DNA of 64,000 bases from Styela clava (lineage: Eukaryota), in the NCBI RefSeq assembly GCF_964204865.1, contig NC_135252.1, forward strand, positions 5,456,001 through 5,520,000, written 5' to 3'. This document shows positions 1-11,892 of this stretch, piece by piece. The position numbers and the translations under genes are program-made. Position 1 is the stretch's first letter. Every line of letters begins with the position of its first letter. Below the pieces are notes generated by a model. The model searched no databases, had not been told where the DNA came from, and was given only the letters and a program-made list of their open reading frames with translations.

Positions 1-1
1 A

Positions 2-160
2 GTTAACGTTTTTGACAAGTTCATTCCCATTTCAAATCAAACTACGGAAAGTAGCTGCAAAGTTGCAGAATGTATCGCCAAGTGCGAGGAGCGTTTTACC
101 AGTGGTGATTTCGTTAAAGAAGCGCAGTATTTATCAATTGTTCCGAAGTTGTATCTCTCC
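2..160 (+). mobile_element. Degenerate hAT (Buster/SPIN, GTF2IRD2/EPM2AIP1-like) transposase fragment
   Basis: Frame 2 reads QTTESSCKVAECIAKCEERFTSGDFVKEA and, after a frameshift, VFINCSEVV. This matches my recollection of the Buster-type motif 'ASYKVA.CIAK.GKPFTDGEFVKEAFL.CSE.L'. It is cut by the window edge and degenerates downstream. Confidence 0.6.
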
Positions 161-816
161 TATTCGGAAAATCTACTTAGTTTCTTTTGTATGCGCTCAA
201 TCAGGTAATTTGTTAAAATCAACAGATAACTTCTACACAAATAGTCATCATCATACAGGATGCCATGATTTCTTCCGTTTTGTTGTTTTTTTGACGTGTA
301 ACGGACGGTCCAATGACTCATACATATCAAACCTGTAAACTGCATCTTCGAATGCTTCAGGAAAGTTGGGCAACAGATTTAGATAGTCGTCAAAATATTA
401 ATTAGCATTAGACAGATTTAGGATATTTCATATTTCCATGCAAGAGTCTTTTTGGTCATATGAAATATAGTTTTCTTTAAGTTTATAGTTATCAAGTCAA
501 CATATTCAAGAAATTGAGAGTATTGTAGGGAGGTCGTAATCTATGCAATCATCCAATCATCCCTCGATCCGCGATAAAAAGTTTTTTTCTTGATTAGGTT
601 TCGAAATTATTCACATTACCAAATACTTTCACTAGTTAAAATGATTTTTTTTATTTGATTTTTCTTCGATTTAATCAAAAAACGTAAAAAGAAAAAACGA
701 TTATTGATACTCTAAGGTTAGGCTGTGAAACTGAGTTTAATTTTGATTGATATATATCTCAGTCTTTACTGTGATGCTATATTCATGTTCTCAGTGCGGT
801 AACTAAAAACTTCATA

Positions 817-3800
817 ATGGGTTGTTGCAGCAGCAAAACGGATAATACAGTCGAATACACTCTCCATATTTTGGTAAGTAACATTCATTTTCATCTAACG
901 TCGGCTTATTTAGGACACAATTTTCTTACAACACGATCAATATGATTTTTTCATTATCTCTTCTCTTATATTTGCAACTCTCAACCACCTCAAATTGCAA
1001 AATTTTAGAAATGATGAAACAAAAAATAATGCATGTACAAAGATAATAATTGTCACAAGAGTTGACAATATTTGATTATTGAATGGTTTATCCATATTTA
1101 TCCCGGAGATGGGAAAGCGTTCAAAAGGATTATTCGTTATTTCGGGTCACGCATTCTTGTACGGTATTCAATGTATATATAGTTAGTTATTGGTCAATGT
1201 TAAGGAAACATTAAGAGGACGCGACGCGTCCATCCATCCCACGCGGTGATGTAGTTTGAACTACGGTATACACAATTGACTCTTTCATATGGAATATTAA
1301 TTTTATCCCGTTTATCTTTCAGACCAGTGATGCATTTAAAGGCGCAGGGTCAGACAGCAGTGTTTACATTGACATGATAGGTGAACAGAATGGAATAGGC
1401 ACCGGGTGGATTAAAGTTCACAACGTCCATAAGAATGATTTTGAACGAGGGAAAATGGACAAATTCAAAATCAAAGCTAAGGATATAGGATTGCCTCTTA
1501 TAATACGTCTTGGTAAGTTCTAGTCCGGGTTAAAAAGATTTCATTTTTCATTCTATTCCGCCAAAATAATAGGAAGGACAGGGGGAAAATGAACAAACTC
1601 AAAATCAAAGCTAAAGATATAGGATTACCTCTTATAATATAGGCCTTGGTAAGTTCTAGCCCGGGTTAAAAAAATCTTTTTATTCCTTCAAAACAACCGC
1701 TAAAGTCGCAATATCAATAGTCTCGTTAGAGTTAAAATCGATTTATTGAAAATTGTATGATATTCGAGTAAAAATGAAAAATTAAACAGAAATTTTTCGA
1801 GTAGCCTATATTATATCTATGTGAAACATGGCAGTAATTAATTTTCGTAATATTACAGAACTCCGTCATCGTAGCAAACCAGACAAATGGGCTTGTGATG
1901 AAATAACAGTTCTGTACGGTAACACGGAAGTTATGTTTCCTGTGTATGATTGGATTGAGAACGAAATCTGGTTCACGCGAGGGAAAGGTTTTTTAATTTT
2001 ATTTCGATATAGTTTAACATGGTTTATTACTCGCAAATATGCTATTTGTCTATCTTATTGTCATTTCACCATAGCAATATGGTGGTATACTGACCTATTT
2101 TTATATTATGGGTTTTATATGATTTTATTTTAATTTCTGTAATTTAGTGACTTTTTTATTCTGCATGAGTTGACTTATTGAAGTATTGTACCGTCGTGAC
2201 TTTAAATTTCTGTACTTCAGTGACTTTTATGTTCAGAATGAATTGACTAATTGTAGTATTATACTATTATTGCCTACTTTTGGTTGCGTGACCTTTTCAT
2301 CCGTTGCCTAGATCTGTAGATAAATTTTAGCATCCTTTCATTTTTTCCCTCTTTGTCTCCAACATTCAAGAATCATACCTCAGTACAGTGCCGTTGTAAA
2401 CAGTGTAAGACGTAGCCCGTCTCAGGCTTTACAATTCAATCATGCTGTCCAGCCTGAGTCACGTTGTCTGGTAATGCCTACACGACCGCAGTTACAAACC
2501 AACTAGCTCATGACATTCTATTTATTACTACCCTTGATTACCTATTTGAATTGCTGTAGTTGTCATGGTTATCTGCCAGTCGCCGCTCGAATTCATATGC
2601 TCCTAGTGATACCGGAAAACCCGGTCTCTTTAAACATATACATATGCCATAGGCGATTTATGTTATTATCTGTATGATTTAAGGTTAGAGTTTTCAAGTG
2701 TTTCTGCTCAATCACTAGTACTGGTTTATCGCGTCTTCTTTCACCTTGAAATGCATGTTTTTAGTTCTTTTTAACTCATTTCGTATGTACAATGTGTATT
2801 TTCAATATGGTGAAAAAATAAATTACTGATTACTGAACACTGAATAAAGTGCTATTTCTGAACTTTTTGCAACCATGGACAGCCGTTACATTTTCAGTGT
2901 TTATGTGCCATGAATTCTATCGAGTATTAACCACGTGATAATAAAAAAAATCAAATATAAAAAAATTCGATTCAAACCTGAATACCCGGTAGAGATCATT
3001 TATTGATATATTTTTCCGATAGCGGGGGAATTTCCTAATAGGTCGCTTCTTCCTCGCATTTTATAACACGCATGCAAGGGTTTAGTATGTTCCTAGCCAT
3101 GGAAGATATAATATATATAAATAAGTACACAATATTGACCACAAAAGATACTATTCTCCTTATAGTTCATTATCACTATCTTTTTTATTGATTGTGAATT
3201 TATCAGTCTTGGTAAATCTCAGTTCATGAAATTATATTGATATACTGTGAAAACTTTTGTTTTTCAGCTCTCACACATACACAAGTAAAAAGTCCAGCGG
3301 TGAAATCCATGAGACAAAGGGAAATCGAAGCAACAAAAGTTAAATTCCAGTGGATTGTTAGACCGAATATTGATGACATTGGATGGGGTTTACCCCGATA
3401 TGTAGATGCAACGACATTCAAAGAATTACCAAAAATTTTCCACGCCACCGACGTTCGCCAGGATAATCTTTTTTCGCGGGGATTTGAAGCAATAGTCAAT
3501 AGAGCTTTGGCGACTGTGAAAAGTAAGAATGAATCATATATATGTCATTTAGAATGCTGGTTGATGAATTGCATTGATTGCTGTGAATTGTACACACATA
3601 CAGTAAATAGATTCGATTAATTGTGAACAGAAGTTAATAACACTCATCTTCATTCAGATGCATTTTCTAAAATTGACGATTTAGATGATTATTCTCGATT
3701 ATACAAGCACTTACAAGAAGATCAGGATCCGGTCTTTATGGACAGGTAGGTCCTGACCACGGTTGCTGCTGCCTTATGATGAATCTGTGTCACTTGGCAT

Positions 3801-4235
3801 TATCAACGAAGCGCATTTTGCAACTTCTGTCAAGACACCCTGATAAAAGTTGTTTTCCTTTCCTAATTGAGCTTCCAAATTCTATGACTTCTATTATCGC
3901 GCTATTCAGAAAAAGGGTGTTGGTTGAGTTGGCATTGATCCATACCAAATTATTCTCATGAAATCTTCATTCTATAGAATGACTATATTTGGACATGAAA
4001 CAGATACGACAAAATATAACACCCTGGCGCGTGTTTTTGTAGTTTAATTTATCACACGTTCTTACTCATAGATGGAAAACCGATGCCGAATTTGGAAGAC
4101 AACAACTTATTGGAATATCTCCAACATCAATATCAAAGTAACTTTGATTTTATTTTTCATGGGAGTTCTTTGCGTTATAGAAATCTGAACTAAAAAAAAA
4201 TTTACCAAGAGGCTTTAGAATAAAATGTATTTAGA

Positions 4236-4272
<37 letters not shown>

Positions 4273-7200
4273 CTGTATCAAAACCAGGATAATGGAAAAA
4301 TTTCACTTCCACTCACATTCCAAGTTCAGGCATTTTGTGATCTATTCAGACGAATAGAGATTTAAATATTATTTAATGTTAATTTTCTCCAGGTGTACAA
4401 CACTTCCTGATTGTTGCCAGATTTCCCACTCACATGTCTACGATATTCTCAACAACGGATACTCTCTTGAACAAGAAATGCAGGTCTTACAATATAAGAC
4501 TTTTGTTAGCAAAATGCAATTCTTAAGCATTAGGAATGTCAATACCCTCGTCTAATTGGTCATTAATATTCTTTTACAAATAGCATTGACGAAAGATAAT
4601 ATCCAATGAAAGCTCTAATTATAGAATTTCATATATTAAAATTAAATTTCTCGTTTTTAGAGGGGAAGAATCTTTATTGGAGATTACAGCGAGGTGTTTC
4701 AAGGAGTGATAAGAAACAAAAATTCCAAGGGAGATGAGTTGTATTGTCCTGATGCCATTTGTCTATATTACGCGAGTCCCGAAGAAGATTTCATCCCCAT
4801 CGCTATTCAACTTGTTCCAAATGATCCTGAAACAATATTCACTCCAAAAGATTCAGCAGAAGACTGGCTTCTTGCTAAAATGTACTTCAAAGTGGCGCTT
4901 TCAAATCTACACGAGGTATTAGAAGTCCGTTTATAAACCGAATTTGGTCAAATGTTTTTTATATTTTTTCATTATTATTATAAGATGGAGAAAAGCACTT
5001 TGCAAAATAGCATTTCGTACTAAACAATAAAAAAAATTATATCTGAAATTGAACTAAAACTCTGATATTTGACTTGGTTGTAATAAATATTTGTAGGGGT
5101 ACTCAAAATTTACCCAATCCCTAAATTTTCAGTGGCATTACCATTTTATGCTGACGCATAATGTGATGGAACCTTTTGCGGTGTCATTATTTCGATGCTT
5201 CCCACGTTCACATCCAATCTATAAGTTGTTGCGACCACATCTTCAGACTGTTTCTATCATCAACGCACTAGCAAGGGATACGTTAATAAAGAAAGGAACT
5301 CTTGCAAACAAAGCACTTGCACTTGGTAAGTAACAGTGGATATCGATAATTGACTATATAATCGGATATTCATCGAAAACCTGAATGTCAAAATCAACAC
5401 ACGATTCTCTTCAATTTTGTAACAGATAACTTTTTCTTGCCTTTGTAGAAATAATTGGCATCCAATTACTTTATATATCTCCAAGAAATTTTGGTTAAAT
5501 GAATATCAATACTTCCAATCTTAGTCGACGAAATGACCAGTCTGCGTGGTGTAACAGACCGTTAATTTTAAAGTTCGAGCAGTTCTTCAGATTTTTCTCC
5601 AAATATCTGTATTTTGTCATGCTTGAACTTGATCCCGTTTATTTGTTTCAAGTTCAACACATTATGTCAATCAATGATTTTGCCAAAAAGTAGTTTACTT
5701 TCCAGGTAAGTACTTTTTCCAATGGCGTTTATCACACCATTAGGAGTGAATTGTTTCGTTCGATAAAGGCAACATAAAAAACCATAACTATTATCGTAAT
5801 AGCACGCATAGTGAACCTATTAATGAAAACAAAAAGATATTTATTTAACATATGAATCACGTTTTATTTGTCATTTCCTACTTCTTTCGCACGCTACCGC
5901 TTACAACTATTTTAAAGTACAAAACATAACATTACTGTACACCGATATGCGGAATCCGAATTTGGTTTAAATATATATTTGTTAAAATATTAAATCGAAG
6001 TCGGTGTCATGCAAAATCGAATGTTTGCATGATTTTCCGAAATACAATTAAACACTTTTAACAGTTATTTTTTTTTACAAAATCAAGTAATCGCACGAGA
6101 ATTCACCACACCTATCAAAATTTTCTCATGCTAACTCAAAGTGACAGCCATGCTTAAACGTTGTTTAAAGTCGAAAAAAAGTTATTACACAAATGTTTTT
6201 AAGAGTAATAAAAGTTGGACGTAACGATTATTGATTTGAAATATATAGCGAATAATTGAAAAAACTCAAAATATTTTTAGAGGGAGAGGACCTTGCACGT
6301 CACACGTTCAAAGATTTTAAAATGGATGATCTTGTCATTCCCAAAGTTCTGAAAGAAAGAGGTAGGTTTCTTTGATAGTGCCCATATAGTAGTAAATACT
6401 ATTATATTATTACTGAGACAATTTAGTATTATTTTCTCAATCTGTGAGCGTTAAGATTAAATTTAAAACATCATTTTGTAGTTCCCCAAACTCCAATCAG
6501 GTTTAGGTCAGGCTGATGCTGGTAAAACAATACAGGGTTGCTGTGTCGCTTGCTACCCGTGTTTTAAATGCATAGCTTATATTGAACAAATCATCAGAAT
6601 TTTACATTTAAGACTAAATTGCCTCACAGGGCTTGATGACAAAGAAATTCTGCCTAAAAATTATTATAGAGATGACGCACTATCGCTGTGGCAGATAATT
6701 GAAAAATTCGTTTCGGATATCATAAAACATTTCTATGAACACGATCAGGTCAGTTATTACGTAAATAAATTAATTTTATTACTTAATTTAGCAATAGAGA
6801 AATATTAACGATCATTGAATCTTAGTTTAGCTTTGGATGAATATCTTTCAGATCTGTTAGAATGAGAACATTTAGTCTGGACATGTTGTATAAATAGATC
6901 AAATTTTTGTTTTTAATTCTATAGAAACAATAGATTTTTCTTTGAAGTTTTCTGATAAAATATTATATTCTATGCCATATTAATACGTTGCAAGTTTTGC
7001 CATTATTTAATCATAGATTGTCAATATGTTTGTGACAACTTTTGTACCATAATCTAAAATTCATCGTTATTTTCAATTCAAAGCCGTTTATTTATATTTT
7101 TGGTATTATATTATTTAAGGACGTTCTTCTTGATGAAGAAATTCAAGCATTTGCAAAAGACATGGCACACGAAGGATTAGGTTGGCAAGATGGGAATACA

Positions 7201-8448
7201 AGAGGATTGGATTCAAAAATAGAAGATGTTGATACTTTGGTATTCAATTTGAATTTATTAATATATATATATATATATAGAGAGAGAGATCATACAGAAA
7301 GTGAGAAATGCAATATTTGATTCGAGCAATCGCACGACAAAGTATTATCAGAATCAAAAATTTGGCTTTATTGAGCTACTTATCATCTCGTTCTCAGATT
7401 TGTTTGTGTACCAGCATCATTTACACCAGTTCAGTGCAGCATGCTACAGTCAATTTTCCTCAGTATGAAACATACAAGTTTGTACCTAATTCGCCGCTTG
7501 CCATGAGACTTCCTCCGCACAAAAGAGGAGAGGTATAGTCATAGTCAATTTTATTTTTTCCAACCAGCAAAAAAAATAACATACAAAATCAAAAGATAAA
7601 CAAAATTTAACACACATTTTTACTGGGGAAGGGAAGCCGCGGGGAACCAAATTTGGTTATCGAGCAGCGACACCCAAGTAGGTAGGTTGATAAAATTTGC
7701 TTTTGAATGGAATCCCGAGAACAGAATTTGAAAGCTTGTGCTAAAAAATTTGAAAGCTATTTATATGCTAGTCCACTTCATCTTGCATTTTAAATCATTC
7801 CAATTCACTAACAGGCAACTATGAGTCGAATATTGAAATCACTTCCTGATGTTGACATGGCAACTATTACCATCACTATTGCCTACACACTCTCTTCATT
7901 TTCACCGGATGAGGCAAGTATCATATACTTAACTAAAATAAGTGACCCAGACTCATCAAAAGTTGAACACTGGAAATAACCATAACTACAATATGTAGTA
8001 ACGAAAGAATTGTCTCTAGACAGACGCGCGATACAAGAACGTCGGAAAAGGTAGAACGGCATTAGTTGGCTTTTATTATTTGTAACATAACTCTCTATTC
8101 GCCTACTCAAATTCGTAGACAACATAACTCACTATTTATGGTCTCTACTTTGCGGCACCGCACTAAAACATCTCCCATATTTTAGTAATATAGGAATCAA
8201 ATCCGTATACTGTTATCGGCACATTTGTAAGATGTTAACTACATCTCACCTAAACTTATATTTAGGTATATCTCGGAGAATATCCAATGCGACTCTTTAC
8301 GGATCCTGAAGTTCTAACTTTCATCGACCATTATCAAAAAGCACTGAAATTATATTCAGATAAAGTAAAGGAAAGAAATGAATATGCTGACGAATATGCT
8401 TACGAATATTTGCTACCAGATCGTGTTCCAAATAGTATTGCTATCTAA
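817..8448 (+). CDS. Arachidonate/polyunsaturated fatty acid lipoxygenase (PLAT + LOX catalytic domain), 15 exons, 686 aa
   Basis: Exons 817-873, 1323-1512, 1859-1987, 3268-3522, 3658-3745, 4072-4137, 4393-4483, 4661-4915, 5133-5325, 6281-6361, 6630-6748, 7120-7239, 7398-7532, 7815-7913 and 8266-8448 join in frame (2061 nt). Motifs: PLAT ([23 protein letters not shown]), [31 protein letters not shown] (Hx4Hx4H), [27 protein letters not shown] and the C-terminal PNSIAI*. All iron ligands are present. Confidence 0.95.
1585..1675 (+). repeat. Local duplicate of the 3' end of LOX exon 2 plus its splice donor
   Basis: 1585-1675 copies ~1451-1540 (caaaatcaaagctaa.gatataggatt.cctcttataata...cttggtaagttctag.ccgggttaaaaa). 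Confidence 0.85.
2129..2270. repeat. Degenerate ~72-bp tandem duplication in LOX intron 3
   Basis: Two copies of aatttctgta..t.agtgacttttt....g.atga.ttgact.attg.agtatt.tac. Confidence 0.6.
4240..4268. repeat. (TA)n microsatellite; a second compound (TA)n(GA)n tract lies at ~7260-7290
   Basis: Read directly from the sequence. Confidence 0.9.
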
Positions 8449-9602
8449 TAGCAAATTTTAAAATGAATAGAAGTCACAGAACTTATAAAACTAATTTGAA
8501 AAGGAAGTACATAACATAATATATGTACAACTGTACATGCATCATAAAAATTCATACTAGTTTTATATGACACAAGTTACTCCGAATAACTACGGTAGTA
8601 AGTATTGTAAACACCTACCCGCAAAAACTATGTTATCTGGAAAGTATTTGGAATAATTTATGAAAATGTAAAATAACAGATTTTTTGGAATATTGTTTTA
8701 TATTTTAGTGGAATGTCTTTGTCATGTTTTCTGACTCATACAATTTTTCGTATAGATTTTACCACTTCATGCCTAATTTAACAGTTGTGTCTGAGACTCT
8801 GAGGGGTTGCTAAGGAATTTTCTTTTTGTACATTTTCAGCAAAATATATTGGCATTAAACAATGCAATGTAAATTTTAAAAATTGATATAAATTTTATTC
8901 TCCAGTTACTTGAGATATGATAACACTTTTATTTTTTGTAAATGTATATATGTACTTGTTTTTTATTATTATTTTGCACAGATGAATGTTATTCGGAAAT
9001 AATATACTCGGAAATGTTTATTCAATTTTGCATTCAAGAAAGTATTGAAACTACTCTCATCAGACAATGTATTGATAAAAACACGTCACTACAGTAAGAT
9101 AGTGATCCACCAGTTCCACAGAAATCCGATCCAAATATATGATAGAAAGTCCGATTTCGTAAGATACGTCCTAGATGTCTGGCAGTAGTTAAATTAACTA
9201 ACCCTGTCAGGGATCAGAGTACCCCAAATTTATATCCCGTCAATCGGGTGAATGCAAACTTTTATTTTGAGCTTGGTTAAGATTTAATTGTAAAAAAAGT
9301 TTTTAGTTCTAACATCCCTAGTTCCCGCATTCTCATCTCAGGGCAGTGTTCAAGTCTAGACACGCTTTTTGGAGAGAACCGATTCAATCAAGTAAAGATA
9401 TGGGTTTAATTGTTGCGAAACTTGTGCTGTCGGTGATTCAAGGCACGCACGAGGTTTTAGTGTACCACTACTAGCGTTTTAGCATTTGTAGTTATCACAG
9501 TCTGTAGTGTAGTTACAGTGTAGTTTCCAAGTGCGTCACATGTTCGATAAACAACAATATCTGTTTTTTTGTGTTTTGTCGAATGATACTAGCAGTCCAT
9601 TA

Positions 9603-11892
9603 TCACAAATTATCTCGAAACTGGGGAATTCTCATTAAAAAATCTCTGACGCCATCTTGTGGCATTTCAAAGTCCAGCATATCTGAAAAAATACACTCTT
9701 TGTTTTCTTTTGTATGCCACCATTCACGTAGAGACTTCACAACCATTGATTTTTTCTCTCCATTCATAGCGTTTGTTTTTTGTTGATGAAGCACTTGGCA
9801 AAGTTTGCAAAAGCTATGTAACTCTTTTTTTCCGTTTGAAATTCGAAATCTATCTTCTGCGAGTTGTGGGATGGCGACCCATTTACGCCACTGTAAATAT
9901 TTTTCATAGTCTGCATCATTCACTGAAAGCTGTATCATGTATTCGACTAAATCCGAAACTTCTTTAAAGTCGTCAACATGAATAAAAGAGTTTTTGGGAG
10001 CCACTGCTTCAATATCTTTTTTCTCGGCTCCCCATACTATCGGGACCGCGCCAGAACGAAGTCCATTGTACCAGAAATTTTCTGTAATATAATCTTTACA
10101 GTGATAACCGTTCTCAAATGATAGGTAAAACTTATATTCTGATAATGTATCGTAGAACGATTCACTATTCTGTTCGTCTCCAATGTCTCTATCATCGAAG
10201 CACTGTCCAAACGTATCAAGATCCAATCCGGCTGCAATCATATCTTTGGCGAGCTTCATCCGACGATGCACAGCACAGTTACTTACCTAAATCACATATA
10301 GAGTAAAATGAATCAAAGGATTAAGTTCAAAAAAGAGAATCAAATTGATAATTATGGATACAAACACTATATTGTATTACCATATTACTGAAGAAGCAAA
10401 AAACTGCAATCTGCACGTGGGCCTATGGGAAGACGCCACGAACATACTCATTCTATATACACATGTAATTCATTTCATGGAAAACTGACTTTCGATTATT
10501 ATAGTTATGCACATACACATTTATCTTAGCTTGTTTAATTCAATATTATGAGCAATTTGGAAAGTATAACATTAAAGTTCTGATTTTCAGCTGCATTAAA
10601 TTGTGAAAAGTCGTTTCAGGTTTTGTACATTTTTTGATGTCGATTTAACAATTGGTTTCATAATCCAGCGTGCCCCATGTTTTTGAAAATGTAAAACACA
10701 AATGGATGCCACAAGAACTACATACCGCCCATGCAGCCATTTTCCTGCTTTTCTTCTTTTTCTGAAGTAATTCTTCAAGATCGAACTGCTTTTCATTTCT
10801 TAATTCTTCAAGAATAATGTTTGTACTTCCGTACGGAGCATAGATTTCCGAATCGCGTCGATAAGTCATAGTTAGATTGAAAAAATTGTCAAATTCTTTT
10901 AAATTACTTTTGTGATTTTTTTCAATTGACCACCACACATAAAGCTGCTCCGATTTTCTGTTTATGAAAAGCAATTTTTAACTGAACTTATTGTATCATC
11001 AGTTTTGATTAATTTAAGACCCTTTGCTTATTTTCATCTGTTCAAATTAATGTAAGAGCTCCAAATACTTGAAGTATGAGGTTCAATTCAGCTCTGGCCA
11101 CAACAATGTCGAGCAATGCAAGTCTTACTAGGGCTCAATACCTAGATCATTTCATGAATTGTATTATTTGTGTATAATTGCAAACCTGTGTTTTGGCATG
11201 CTATTGAGACTGGCAGAATCAAAATGAAAGACGACAGCATCGCTCCTATTCACCAAATCTTGATCATAAGTTAATAAGCAATCGATTTCTTCCCCACACT
11301 CTTCCTCGTCAACTCGATAATCGTTTTCCATGCCCATAGGAAGATTCCATATCAATATTACTGGTTTGTCGACGTGGTGATCCTTGTGATACTTCACTCT
11401 CTTTTCCTTGTAAAGGATCTAAAATATATTTACATTTATTTTATCATGAGAAAATGAGTAGGCTATATGCGCAAATTTGTGTGTATATGTTTAGATATGA
11501 GCACTTCTGGTGATATGTTGTTAAAACAAGATTCGCATAAAACACTCACTTGAACATTTTACCACATGCTGTCATAAAGTGTTTTTGCGAAGAGAGCCTA
11601 TATAGCCCTGTCCTGACCATCATATTCACAAAATAAGAACCGCAACAACAACATATTAACAAAACGATTCATATGTAAATTTTGTGTCCAATAACGTGGG
11701 GATTACTGCAAGAGCAGTACTTTTCTGGTTACTTAGATTCTGTTTACTATTACATTGCTTTGTATAATGTGATTTTCAAATTGCTTAAAGAAGTTTACTT
11801 ACCACGCTACGCAGCAAAATCAGGTTCACAGCCATAAACATTCCAACGGCCAACGCTGTAATCCTGTACTGCTTTCTTGTAGTCACTCCCAT
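9603..11892 (-). CDS. Alpha-1,3/4-fucosyltransferase-like (CAZy GT10) type II membrane protein, possibly inactive or pseudogenising
   Basis: Exons 11892-11803 (MGVTTRKQYR + signal anchor ITALAVGMFMAVNLILL), 11418-11186 (ILIW..C....DCLLTYD..SDAVVFH), 10957-10726 (FFNLTMTYRRDSEIYAPYG..AAWA) and 10286-9603 (VSNC..YKFYLSFENGYHCKDYITENFW..GAVPIVWG..SFIHVDDF) give 412 aa in frame. A candidate 48-nt exon at 11597-11550 contains TAA. Confidence 0.88.

Noticed and set aside
12-338. 108-aa ORF at the window start
   Set aside because: Non-ATG start and no recognisable motif; the informative signal is the transposase relic in another frame.
5500-5760. Possible reverse-transcriptase remnant on the minus strand (KYRYLEK resembling KYKYLG)
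   Set aside because: One weak motif among many stops; cannot be supported without a profile search.
7535-7700. Possible LINE/SINE 3' tail (minus-strand aataaa followed by gactat repeats); a similar pattern lies near 2815-2850
   Set aside because: No second copy or coding remnant in the window to confirm it.
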